64,000 nt of DNA from the human T2T-CHM13v2.0 reference genome, Homo sapiens. The translations under genes were made by a program, and so were the position numbers. Under the pieces are notes generated by a model. That model ran no database searches. It had not been told where the DNA came from and saw only the letters and a program-made list of their open reading frames with translations. Where the stretch lies: the NCBI RefSeq assembly GCF_009914755.1, contig NC_060927.1. The stretch is one strand, 5' to 3'. Shown in pieces: positions 41,211-54,281 of this stretch (position 1 is its first letter; every line of letters starts with the position of its first letter).

Positions 41211-44200
41211 CAGGGACTTCTGTGGATTCAGCTGAGTCCCTCTTCGAAGTCATCTAGAGCTAGGCCCTTCTCATCTCAGATGTGCCTCTCACTAGCTGAT
41301 GGCTTGCATTTTCTCCTGGATTCCTTTTGTTCCTGACCTTGACATTAGCTACAGTGGTCTCTATGCTCTGAGAGAGAAAGGATGGATAGGGGACATTCGT
41401 TTCTTGGGGAATCACAGCCCCGGAGGTGGGCAGCATGCATGGAGGGAGCTCTGGAGCAAAGATGGAGTCCCTGGAGAGGGTTAGACCCAAAGGCTGGAGA
41501 GATGTGCAGTGACAGGGGGTGGTAGGACCCTGAGGATAGTTACATATCTTCGTTAAGTTGCATTCAGCCTGCCCTACAGCTAACACTTGATGAGCACTCA
41601 CCAGGAGCCAGCCTCTTCTGGAGATTCCTCATGCATCAGACTACCTGAGATTTCCCTTGTCACGACTCTGTGAGTTGGGTCTCCTGACTTCCCTATTTTC
41701 CAGTTATGGAAACTGAGTCTCAGAGAGCTTCAGAAAGTCCATAAGTAGTGGTATTAGGACGTGAACCCAGAGTTCAGAGCCTATGCTGGTCATGTTGCTT
41801 CAGTATTCAGCCTCCCACTTGGTAACATGTTCTCATATTTTGTTCTGTATTTATTGTGTATTACTCATTTTCTCTAACTCTACTTTGTACTCATTGAAGG
41901 CGAGACTGTGCCTTCTCTTATATTCTCCTCCTCTGCAGATGTGAGTACCTCAGAAGAGAAGACTAGGGCTTGACAGAGAGGCCACCATCCCTCTCAGTGG
42001 CCCAGCATGGTGGTTGTCTTGTTAGTCACCCCCGCTGGGCTTGGGTCGATGGAGAACAGAGAAGGCGTTGTTGCTCACATCCTGTTCTCCAAAGGAAATT
42101 TTGTTCTAGTTTATTGTGAAAGTATTGGTTTTGAAATTGAAACACAGAGGTCTACTAAAGGGATGTTCTGTTTGGAACAGACTCTCTTTTTTCCTGTTTT
42201 CAGGTGAAAAGCAATAACCATGAAGAAAACAGAAAGAAAGCCCTCTAAAGAATATTGTCAATGGCTCTGACAGGTTAAAGCTATTGGATAAGTGCAGAAT
42301 TTACATGACAAAAACTTTGAGTGCAATGCTGATTGTCATTCACCAGTAATAGGATTCCCTGAAAAGCAAAAATATCTTAATTAAAAAAATACATAATTTA
42401 TTTTTTTCTGGTATGCATCCTTTTGCCTCACCCTCACAAACTAATTAGACTGGGATATCACTTTCCCCAAACTTAACTTTACCAAGGCTGTGTCTGCTTC
42501 ATCCGTAATGCATCCTCCCCTCTTTCTGGGCTTAGCAGGCTGCTTAGAGCATAGAAAGCTGCAATGAGCGTTGCCAATTTGAAAGACAGGTTTTTTGCCC
42601 TCAGACAATTTAAGTTTTGATGCAGAAACTAGCAAGCTGACAGATTAAAATATTAAATGATGATGCTGTACAGGAGGGCAACACAGACATTGAATGAGGC
42701 TGGAGTCAGGATTGGCAGAGGTGATGACAGCAGGTGATGCCTGCTCTGAGGAGGGGCCATTCATCCCTCTGGGGCTGCCCAGAGATGAGCTCTCCAGCCT
42801 CATCTCTGCCACACCTGACACTTCGAGCTCAGGAAGAAATCAGGTGATTCACCCCTCCAGGCAGCACCACTTACTCTCCCAGCAGGATCTGGGATGCCCT
42901 CATCTTCTCCCTACCCACAGCCTACATCCAGATCCCAACTGGTGCAGAGAGATCAAGTATCCTCTCAACACTAACCTTCTCTATGTCATCTTAAAATGAA
43001 GTTTCATCTTTCTCCTTCTATAATTTTGCCTCAACTCTAACCTGTATATGCCTCAAATAGAGTTTATGTAATCTTTACTTTTTTTTTTTTTATCTGAGAA
43101 GCCTGATTGGTTTATTAGATAATGAGCTATGTGAAGGTGCAGGGCTCATGTCTTAATTCATACTGGCATCCCAGCATCTGGTAACTAATTATTGACTGGC
43201 TGAATAGACAAAGGAATGAATGAAGTGATTTAATGAGATGGTCTTAGAGCATGGGGGACTTTACAGGGGTAATGAGGGTTTGAGGTTTGAAAGGGTTTCA
43301 GAGAGGGGAAATGATGTCAGCTGATGGCCCTAAGTCAGCAGAGGACATGTGCTAGTTTGGGCACAAGCTAAGACCAGCCTGTTTGCCACAAGCTGCTCTT
43401 GGAAGGCCTGGGCAGAATAGGAATCCCATGATCTTGAGCTGGAGGGGCTGGGCTAGTGCAGGAAACTTTCTTGGGCACTCACAGTCTCAGAATCGCCGGG
43501 CGATCCCCTGTGTCAAACTCATCAAAGGCAAGCACTTGTCCTTGTTTTTCTGATTCTCTTTTCCTGCTGAGTTACTGCCTGTGTGAAAGCAGCTGTGAGG
43601 CCCCCGGTTTGATATTGATCCATCCTGCAGATGAAGTCAGAGCTCAACAACACAGGGCTTAGCCAGGGTGCCTGGCTGCTTGCTCTCCTTCAAAAGGAGA
43701 AACTAGGGGCCAACTCTCATACAGGAGGCCAGTCAGAGCAAATCCCTGCTCCTGCTTGATTTGTGGCCTGGATACATTGTTGCGCCTTGGCAGGGGTACA
43801 GCCACCAGAACATTTGCCCCATTGTGATGTCTCCTATGTCTCCACAGTCATCAAACACCAAGAATATTGCTGGCCACTCTTGGGAGGGCTTATCAGCCAC
43901 AAGGTGTATGTGCCCACCACTAGCCCTTGTCAGGAGGTGTGAGGTGAGTTTTGTGTGCTCATTCATTTTTAGCTTTACCTTTCTGTTGTCTGTATTTCTC
44001 CTTCCTCTGCCTCAGTGATTACTTTTCTTTTGAGGCACACCATGCATTTCTGTACAAAAGACTGAAATCCATTATAGAATTTGGTAGGACATCAAGGAAT
44101 AAAATAAATTTGATTTATGTCCAGGGTGGTATAATGAACATGAAAATGTGGCTGGCCATGATGTACCAGGTGGGCTGGGGGAAGGGAGATCAACTGGGAA

Positions 44201-44368
44201 CCTGCAGAGAAGCACACCTGGCAGCTCTGTGCTCCTTCTAAGTGGTCGGTGTGTGATTCTGTAGACTCGGGATTTGACGACAGTCTTATGCAAAGAAAAC
44301 CCCACATGTCTGGAACAATAGATAGGCCGTGAAGCATTGTACCATCTGATCCTGTCTCTGCAGGTATA

Positions 44369-44470
44369 CCATATTTCATCAATTCTAAGATGGCTTTTGA
44401 AAAATAATAACATCTCTTAAATCAGGATGAGTCTTATAATTGATGGCATCCTAGATGTGATGAAATGTGT
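44369..44470. mobile_element. MER104/Kanga-like Tc2 MITE (internally deleted)
   Basis: ~24-bp imperfect TIRs CCATATTTCATCAATTCTAAGATG / CATCCTAGATGTGATGAAATGTGT, flanked by TA on both sides. Confidence 0.72.
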
Positions 44471-44479
44471 TAAATGATA

Positions 44480-44994
44480 GTGTCATTCATTTGCCTGTTT
44501 GGTGTCAGATCTATTTCTACCCTTCTGTTACTTAGCTCTGTAAGGTGGGAAACTACGTCCTCCAGATGTCTTGCCAACTTGCTTATGGTGAGGAAGGGGA
44601 GGCACTGGTGGAAGACAAGAGTGAGAGGAAGAGAGAAACCAAAGTATTCCCCTGTGTCTTTCTCTACCTTGGGCAATCTCACTGTCAGTGACCACTTCTC
44701 CTCTTCTGTAGCTCTAGCTTCTGGCACACGTCTTCTGCCTCTGCTGAGCCCCCCTTGCAGAGGATGGCTGCCAAAGTTCCAGGTCTACTATGTGGTCCCA
44801 CTTCCTGGGCTGTGGAGACCGTGTCTCCTTCTTTTATCCCTCCAGCTGTGGGGTGGTAGTGGCCTCCTGCCTTGCCATTTACTGCTTAGCTTCCCATTCT
44901 CCATCACTTGGGTAACTGATTTTTCATGTTACATTTCCTCTCTTTGAGGTACATAGTGTCGTTAGTTTCTTCTTAGTTAAATCTTGACTGTTAC
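44480..44994 (+). mobile_element. LTR33-like ERVL solo LTR
   Basis: GGGAGGCACTGG..GAGAGAAACCA..GGGGTGGTAGTGGC.TCCTGC..CTTGACTGTTACA end. Confidence 0.72.
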
Positions 44995-45049
44995 AATGAT
45001 ACATAATCACCAGATTAAACAGATATCGAGGGGGCATTGTTTCTCTTTT

Positions 45050-46090
45050 CCACATCCACACATTCTGCAGAATCTATTCTAGTTAGGGTGACCAGTGATA
45101 CATTTGATGCCAAACTCAGAGGATTCTTTGGGGTCTCTAGTATTTGACAGTGACGCTATCCCCATTTGTTGAAGTTTCCTCTTTCATTGTCTCCTGGGTG
45201 ATCACCCCTTCTTTCCTTTTGCTCCTTAAATTTTCCCCACTCTCCTTGCCAGTCATCTCTTCTGCAAGTCTCTAAACTATTGGGTTCTGTAGCGTTCTAA
45301 GCTCATTCTGTGCCCTCAGCCAACCCCGCCCCCCTTTTTTTACTCTACCTGCTCACACCCATGGCTTTAAATACAACTTCTCTCTGCAGCACAGAGCTCT
45401 TTCCCAAGCTTCAGACACAGAATGTCACTATCCACAAACCACATTCTTTGGATTATCTTATCCCACAAACCAAAATGTCTTTGACTGAGCTAACCTTCTC
45501 CTCTCCCACCCCCTACCAGCTTATTCTCCTGTGTTTTCTATCTCAAACGATGGAATTGTATCCATTCTAAAATCCAGACTAGAAACATCATGGGGTTATC
45601 CTGGACTCTTCTCTCTACTTTACCTCCCAAATCCACCTGGTTTTCAAATGCTTTATTCGTGGTGTGTGTAAATGCTTAAACACCAGCTTTTAGTGGGAGA
45701 GGGAAGGGAAAGCCCTCTGATTTGTAGCATTTGCCAATTTCTTTAGTGTAAATGCTCCCATCATGACTGATTTCAAGTTACCAATGCGATATCACTGAGC
45801 ATGGGTTTGGAAAGTGATGCACAATTTGTTCCTGTGAGGTGAGCCAGCTCAGCATACTATGGTGCCGTATGCATCCTCTCATTCACATCTTCTCTTTCTC
45901 ACCCTGGTTCAAGCCCCCCACATTTCCCTTTCAGAGTTTTGAGATGTCTCCTCACTATATTCTCTGTCTTGACCTCCTTTGAGGCATCCCACACTAGATG
46001 TGAACTTATCAGTCCTTAATAAAAAAAGCTTTGGTGGCTTCCTATTACCTAGAAGAGTATCAAAGATGGAATCTTCCAGGCATTTTTATT
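45050..46090 (+). mobile_element. L2 fragments (split by a MER63-like element)
   Basis: CCCATGGCTTTAAATAC..TCCTGGACTCTTCTCTCT..GTGGCTTCCTATTACCT. Confidence 0.55.
45658..45862. mobile_element. MER63-like hAT-Blackjack element
   Basis: TGATTTGTAGCATTTGCCAATTTC..GTGTAAAT.CTCCCA..GATTTCAAG.TACCAA. Confidence 0.7.
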
Positions 46091-47849
46091 CTGGAGGACA
46101 TGAGCCATGCTTATCTCTCCTCCAAGGCCTAGCACTGGGTTTGAGCCACTAGTACCCACTTACTATCTGTCTTGACATTTTGCCTTCCTTTCCTTCTCTG
46201 CCTTCCATCATTTTAGCTGTTTTAAGCATTCAATCATTTCATGAGCTTGATGCACTGCGTGCTGCACCATGGAGATAGGTTCAACCATGTTAGAATATTT
46301 GCCCAGTGGGCTGTGTGATGATGACCATGATAGAAGCCAGGGGCTGACTCAGCTTCATACTTGGGGGCTGGGAGACTCTTGAGATAAGGGGGCAGGATCT
46401 CCTCAGTGTGTCAATCATTTAGAACTGCTGCAAAGACTCTCGTGAAACACATTGTTTAGAGGGTTACATCTTTGAGAAATTATTAAATAGGTCTTGAAAA
46501 ACTGAAGATTATCTTGGATGTATGTTATATTAGAGAAAATGGAATCAAATGAATAGCCATCCCTTTGCCAATTTGCTAACCCTTTCATCTAGAAATCACT
46601 CACAAAAATTTACCAAATACCCGCCTTGGGCACTAGAGATACAAAACTGAGTAGGATAGCATGGAAGCTCACAGGCAAGTGAGTGACTCCAGAGTACCAG
46701 TACTTTTGTCTATTGTTCACATAGGGAAGTCAGGGAAAGGCTCCTGAAATTAGACTCAGCCAAAGTTAGTCCTTTGATCTCATTTTCTTCTTTATAAAAC
46801 GGGTCCGAAGTATCACATCCCCCCACCCCCAGGGCTATTGTTTTGTTGGAGTTTTGATTCAAAAAGGAAGGTGTTTTAAGAACATGATATAGCATTATTA
46901 TGAATGTGTCATCATTGTGCACGTGTTTGTGTGTCCCCTTGTATCCTTAGCTTTTTCCTAGGTATTGTGGCAAGGTGGGATGGATGTGGCAGAGGAGGCA
47001 TTAAGTGAAGAAAAAGACCTCACCTCTGTCTTCAGGAAGCTCACACTTAAGGTGTAGATAGAAGCAGGGTTTGAACAAAATATGCAACAAAGTTAGGTGA
47101 AAATGAGTGATGTTGATCTGCTGGTTCTCCAGGTTGTCTGAAAGTAGAAAAAGGAACATGGGTTCACATTATAGGGTGGCACTTTGCAGAGAAGACATTT
47201 CTACATTTTCACAGGGCAAGGATTGAAGAAATGCAATCTGTTTTTTTATAAGGGCTTGCCTTTTTAAGGGACAAGAAAGATTAGCGGATTTTCTTAAATA
47301 TTGTTTATTTATTTTATAATAAAATATGTTCTTTAATGAAATACTTAAAAATAGTAACAACATTTTAAATTTTGCATTAAAAGATTAAAAATGAATGATA
47401 ACCCCCATTACTCAGAGATAATCCTAAAGGTATTTCAGAGATTTTTCTATGCATATTTTTACATAATTTAGTTTATACCATATTTACAATTTATATCTTA
47501 GTTTTTTTCACTTAACACTAGCACATAAGTATTTTTCCAGGTTATTAAAAACTCCTCATAAATGTTACTTTTAATGGCTACATAATATTTCAATATGTGA
47601 GTGTACTACAATTTATTTGAGCAGGATTTTTTTGGTCAGATATATTAGTGGTTTCCAATTTTTTCATTATAAATAATTCTGCAGTAAAAATTTTGTAACT
47701 TATTTTATGTCCTTAGGATACAGTTCTAAAGGAAATATCAAAGAATAAAAACATTTTAAAGTTTCTGATACATATCACCAAACTGCTTTTCAAGAGGGAT
47801 CCATCAATTTGTATTCCTATTTATATTGTTGCAAAACATTCTTTACTGT

Positions 47850-48545
47850 CATTTTTAACAGGTTTAATTAGCATATAATAAAGTGCACATATTGAAAGTA
47901 TATGATCTGATAACTTTTGACGTATGTATATACCCATCAAGACATCATCACAACCAAGATAATGAACAAATATATGACCTCCAACAGTTTTCTAATTTCC
48001 TTTTGTAATCCCTCCCTGCTACTCCCTTCCAACCTCATTCTTCACTCCATAAGCAACTACTGTTCTGCTCTCTGTCACTATAGATAAGTTTCCCAGAATT
48101 TTATTTAAACAGAACTATATAGGAACAAGAAAGATTAGCAGATTTCCTTAAATATGATTTATTTATTTTGTAATTAAAAAAAGTTCTTCATGTAGAAATA
48201 CTGAAAAAATAATGACAACATTTAAAAATTTGGATTAAGAATTTTCTTCTTTTCGTTTGGCTTCTTTTACTCAGTATAATCATTTTGAGATTCATCTGTT
48301 GTTGCATTAATAGTTCATTCTTTTCTATTGCTGAATAGTATTCCATCATCTGTATGTACCACAATTTGTTTCTCCATTCAGCTGATGGACATTTAGAGTG
48401 TCTTCAGTTTTTGGTTATTCCCAATAAAGCTGATATGAGCATTCATGTACAAGTCTCCTGTGAACATATGCTTTAATTTCCCATGGGTAAATACCTAGGA
48501 ATGGAATGGATGAGTTGTATGGTACCTGTATGTTTAACTAACTAG
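47850..48545 (-). mobile_element. L1MB-like 3' end containing a templated insertion
   Basis: AATAAAGTGCACATAT..CATCACAACCAAGATAATGAACA..TTGCTGAATAGTATTCCAT..TGGGTAAATACCTAGGAATGGAATG. Confidence 0.8.
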
Positions 48546-48592
48546 CATATTTTGTGACTGGTGATTATCTCTTAGGATAACACATTGATTTA

Positions 48593-48615
48593 ATATTATT
48601 ATTATTATTATTATT
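48593..48615. repeat. (ATT)n microsatellite
   Basis: Direct read. Confidence 0.85.
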
Positions 48616-51600
48616 ACAACACATTAAATTATTTTAATTGACTCATTGAATATTATTCTGGTCCCCTCATAAAAGATGAGAATGAGGAGGAGGAGGGGGG
48701 CAGAGACCCCTTTCTTGCCATACTCTTCTAGGAACTCAGCTTGGAGTGACCAAAAGGGACACTCTGTGCACACAAGGACTTCTTCAGCCTCTGCTTCCCA
48801 CACAGGGTTTGGAGCCTTACTTTTGCTCTACATACCTCCAGACCCCTCCCTGTTTTTCTTGGAAGAGCAGTCTCAGGTGCTCTGGTGTTTGGTTTGAATG
48901 TCCTGCTTGAATTCAGCTTTTTTCTCTCTCTCTCTCTTCAGTACTTTATAATGATATGATCTAGTCCTACTTTTCCAATCACATTACCTCCTTTTCCTCC
49001 TGTATGCCCAATAGACTTCCTAATATTAAGAGTGGGAGGTAGTGGTGATATGGGTAGGAAGAATTGAAAATAGCTCACACATGACCCACCTTGGAGGGCC
49101 TGCATTTCAGCATCTCTGGGGTTATTTTAGAGCTAGGAAGAGGGGCAGAGATTGGTATTGTCTCTGTACTAGTCTTTCCAAATTCTGCTGTGAGCTTTTT
49201 GCTTAGACTGTAAGCCTTAGAGTCACTCATCACAGTAATCCTAAAGACAGATGTTTCTGTTCTATTTGATAAGGCCTTTTTGTGGGTTGTGCCGACTGTC
49301 AGTTTCATGTTTGTTTGTTTGTTTTGGAACTGCAGTTACATCCAGGAGACCTGTGGTGAGCATAATGGGCTGTAGTTTGTGCAGTTGTCAGTATAGCTTG
49401 TTAGGGAGCTCTTCCTGGGCAGAGTCTTGCACAGCAGAGCCCAGTGCTGAGCTGAGTTCTTGGCACATAGTAGGAGCATAGCCTATGCTGTAGTGAAATT
49501 GGTGGGCAGGCACTGTCACATCACAGGTGGGCTTCAATGCTGTTGCCAGGGCAGCTCCAGGAGCTGTCTCCCCCACTCTCTCTATTAACTTCACCTTAGG
49601 GCAGATGTTCCCCAGCTGCCTTGGCTCACACCACCGTTTGTGTCTCAGTAATTTTTTTATATTTCCTCTAGGAAAAAAATCCAACATTTCATTTTATTGA
49701 ATAGATTGCTTCCTAAAATGTAATTAGTATTTATATTCTAACAACATAGTGCTATAGAGCACTGCACCACATTTCAGATCACGATATCAGCAGCCGTACT
49801 CTCCTCCCTCAGCTCACCCCAGGGTTTATTGGGTTCTGGCAGTGTCCTCTGTTCCAGGGATACAGCCATGCAGGGAGTGCCCTTGGGACCTCCTAGTCTC
49901 ATGGGCTAGAGGAATGTAGGAATGATCACAATGTAATCTAATTTGGGCCATGTTGGAGGTCGGTGCAAGTGTTAGGTGTGACAGGTGAAGAGCCCATTTC
50001 TAAGAGAGTACATGATGATATAAAGTAGGTGCAGGATATGGAGAGTCAGAGGAAGCTGCAGGGTAGAGGTGACACACAAACTTGGTTTCAAAGTGTCATC
50101 TGGAAGGGGGAAGAGGGCCTTAGTTAAGGGAGGAACCTGCCATTGTGCCTTGGCAGGGGGGTCAAGGGGCCAAGCTGCCCTGGAGGATCTCAGGGGAGGG
50201 CTGTGGAGCTGGACTGAAGATCTACATTTCCAGGGCTGAGATGCCTTCTGGAGGGAGTGAGGTGGGTACATGAACAATGAACATAAGGACTGACTCCTGT
50301 GTCTTCTCCCAGGAACCTGGACATTGTGCAACCTGAAACCATTTTTGCAATGATTTTTCCCTCTTCATTTTTATTTAAATGAGAAAGAAATGCATTTTGC
50401 TGGTTGCATGCAGTGCTATTTCCAGGAGGTTTGATTTTTACCTCCCGGCCACACATCTTTGTCCCATTACGGCTGCCTCACTTCTCTTCAATTGGGGAAT
50501 GACCTGTTTTGTCCTTCAGAGCAGTAAGTTGACAAATACCATCTGATATTTCTCCCAGGCACCCCAATTCATCTTGATGGCAGGCTTCAGACAATGCCAC
50601 TACGGTTGATATTTTATACTTTGGGAGTTTTCTTCAGTGATTTCATTTAATGTGCTTTTGATTTTCATGCCACCCTCTCTTGGCCCCACGAAGTTTGCAT
50701 GGTGTTATTTGGTGAAGAAAATGCTGTTCTGAAATTCTGTTCAAAGCTGTTTAAAGTAATTAATCAAAGGTTCTATCATTAGCTCAAGACTGATTTTGGG
50801 CAGTGGTTCTGCATGGGAAGGATTGGAATTGATTGATCCATTGACAAGAGAGCTGAACCAACCTCCCTACTTTGGTATACCAGGCAGTCTCTCTCTTAAC
50901 TTTTGCAGTGTCTCAGAGGAAGCAAGGAGCAGGGGCATTTGTACTTCTGAGAAAGTCATGGTTCCTGAGCAGCTCTGGAGGCAGAAGTCAAGCTGATGTG
51001 TCTCCGATGCCTCTCCAGGGGTAATGTGGGAGTGGTATTCTCCACTTCTGGGGCCTGGGCTCCTGGGCCATGGTCTCAGGGCCTCCCTTCTGGCGAGTAC
51101 TGAGGGAAAAGGCAGAGAAGGGTAAATGGCAATGCTCTATCCAGATTCGAGAAAGAGTGTCTAGCTATGTCATATTGTATCAAAAGACCCACTTGCATTT
51201 TCTCAGAGGACGGGGGCAAACACAATCCTTTCTCAGGCTTCCAACCTCAAAGCTGGCTCAGCCCTTTTCAGAACCAGGTAAGATGGCAGAGCCTAGCTTT
51301 CTTGCATTCTGGGACCTGTCCCTCCTTCTTGCAGGGGCCCAGAGCCCTCATGTAGCCTCCTCCTTTCTCTAGAAGCCTCTAGCATCCTCCTGAAGCCCCA
51401 GGATGGCCCAGTGTTATTCGGAGGCATGCCCACTCATTTGTTTTCCCCAACAAACCAGTGACCTTCTCTCCCACTCTTCTTCAAAATCAACTTGCCCCGT
51501 CAACCCGTTAGATGGTGGTTTGATGTTAGCCTATTGAAATAGTGATCCTCTGGTTGCCCTAGAGTGTGCTAGCATTTTGACGCTAGCCAATGGAACACAG

Positions 51601-53569
51601 CCAGGTGCTAGAAGAACTGGTCCAGGGTCAAAAGAACAGACAAGCTAGTGGAAAAGGTGCTCTGGGTTCTGACTTACTGTGACTAAATGACAGAGAAAGA
51701 CCTGGGCTCCACAGGGCCAGTGTTGTTATCCAAGTAGGTCTTAGCTGTGGGTAGGGGTAACTGCAGAAACTTCCTACCCAGTCCACAGCTCCTGCTCTCT
51801 CTCCACAACCTTCAATGTGCTCTGCAGCCAGGGACATCATCCTCAAACCCAGTTTTCACTGGGCTACTGTCTCATTATTTCCTGTCAGTAATTCCAGTCA
51901 TATTAAGGACATAATTAAAGCTCCTTAATATGCATCTATGATCCTTTATGATCTAGCCCCAGCCTAACTCCTGACTCCATGGTTGTCTGTACTTCCCCTA
52001 TTATGCCTTGACGATGGTGGTTGTTCTCTCCTGCTCTTGCTGATGCGGTTTCCTCTGCCTGGGATAGTTGTTTGTTTCCTCCCTGCCTCCCACCCAATTT
52101 GCCTGCCAATCCTTATTCATCTTTTCAGACTCAGCTCAGGCCTCACCCCTTTTAGAAAGTCCTCCTTGTGTGCTGCTGGTTGGGTTTGGAGCCTCTTCTC
52201 TGAGCTTGCATAGCACCATGGTCTCCTTTGGAGCATGAATAATACTGCATTCTCATGACTTATTTATTTTTGTGTCTCCTTCCCTAGAACATGAAATAGT
52301 TGAAGTAAACTGTTGCAATCCTCAGAGGCTCATAAGTGTTTGTTGATGGACTGAGTGAAGGGAAGGTGCTGAGTCAGGCCTATGGCTGAATTATCTTTTG
52401 GGTCTGTTTGTGCGAAGTGGGCAGGACCCAAGGTAGAGACTGAGGTCCTATGCTGATGACCCAAGAATATGGCTGCAGTAACAGTATTGAGTGAGGCAGG
52501 GGATCATCACTCTATCGTGCTGCCAGGGTTCTAGTCTGTCCTCACGGGGACACTGGAGTGCAAATCAGAAGAGGAAAATGGCTAGGGGCATACACGTGAG
52601 TAAATGTGTTGGAGGTGGAGGAAACTTGCAACTTATTAAGGTTATGCCTGATAAATTGCTGCCATCCCTGCTATAGGGCCTAGGCAGGGCTGACCCCTGG
52701 GCCAGTGCTCCTAAACACCTGCCCCTGTCCATGGCAGAAGTCATGGACTGACTTGGAAGCTGAAGGGATGATGGATAAATGGGATAGATTTGGGGGTCAG
52801 GAGAATAAGGACTACTTTGAAAGGAGGTCTGTACATGGGTGGGAGGCCTCCTGCCATCCTCTGCTTTCTTCTATGACTGGTCAAACAGCAGTCTGCAAAG
52901 TAGTCTTGTTTTCTAAAGTTATACCCACTAAGGTGTGATTGATTGAACTGGCTGCGCTTCTATCATACTTCTGGGCATTGGGGTCTATAAGAAGCTGCCA
53001 ACTAGTGGGCACTGTTGTCTGCCAGCTGCACCTCAGCAACACCCATGCCTTTGAGAAAGGACAGCCAGGGAATGGTCATGGCTGTCACCTATGTTCATCC
53101 TTCAGCAACAAGCCAAGGGAGTTTGGCATGTGGGACTCAAGGCAGCTATCAGGAAACGTCACATACATCTCTGGAAGCCTCACTGTGTTTTCTCTGTATT
53201 ATTTTGTTTCCAAGACTATGATACCTTTCTGTTTCCCCTCCTGTTTTAGAAAAGGCTGTATTGTTATTAAAAGTGGTTGCCAATTTATTCTTTTCTTGAA
53301 AATGAGAGCTCCCAGCTTCCCAGGAGTAAAATATTCCAGTTGTTTGCTAGATGTTTTGAAGTCATACCAAATAGCTATTTAAAAATGATTAAACAGTTCC
53401 ATGGTTTTACACATCTACACTAATATTTAAACATGATGTGCAGGCAGAAACTACCCATTTTTCAGGGGGCCAATTTGCCTAGTGGTCCTGCCAGTTCTGT
53501 TGGAATGAAGGGAACTACATGTGATGATTCACACCTCTGAGGTCCCATAGTCTCATACAGACACATATA

Positions 53570-53606
53570 TGTGTGTCTGTGTGTGTGTGTGTGCATGTGT
53601 GTGTGT
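53570..53606. repeat. Imperfect (TG)n
   Basis: Direct read. Confidence 0.85.
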
Positions 53607-53997
53607 AGCAGCAAACAGTTAAATATTAGGTACAATCAAAATATCTAATAATTGGTTATTTGGTTTAGAATAGGTGAGAAGCCCAAATAAGACTCTCCTT
53701 TTGGACGGCCTATATACCCTGTTGAACACATCAAGTGTCCTTCTAGAATTTATCACTCACATTAGAGGCCACAGAATAAACTGGAAGCCAGAATTAACCA
53801 GAATTCCAGAGTTCCAAGGACTTTGTTCCCTTGGAACAGTGCAATACTTGTTAATAGAATTCTGGGGATAATTGAGGATTGGTCTTCAAACCTGTTCTCT
53901 TCTGCAAGTCCCTCTCCTGTGTCCTCAGTTTCAATAAATATAATTGATTGAAGACCCCTGTCATAAACATGATGATCCTCATGGCTACCACCTTCAG

Positions 53998-54281
53998 AGG
54001 TGAACCCCTCATGAGTTGATTAATGCCACTATCAAAAGGGCTTGTGGGAGTAGATTTACTCTCTTCTACTCTTTTGTCATGTGAGAATACAATGCTGCTC
54101 CCCGTTTTGCTCTTCCACCTTTCACCATATGAAGACAGAGTGAGAAGGCCCTCACCAGAAAGCAGATGTCAGCACCTTGATCTTGGACATCCTAGTCTCC
54201 ACAGATATGAGAAATAAACTATTCTTTATACATTACCCAGTTTGTGGTATTCTGTTACAGAAGCACAAATGCAACGAGGCA
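53998..54281 (+). mobile_element. MST (MSTC/D-like) LTR 3' part
   Basis: GAAGGCCCTCACCAGA..GCACCTTGATCTTGGAC..GAGAAATAAA..ATTACCCAGT.TGTGGTATTCTGTTA. Confidence 0.8.
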
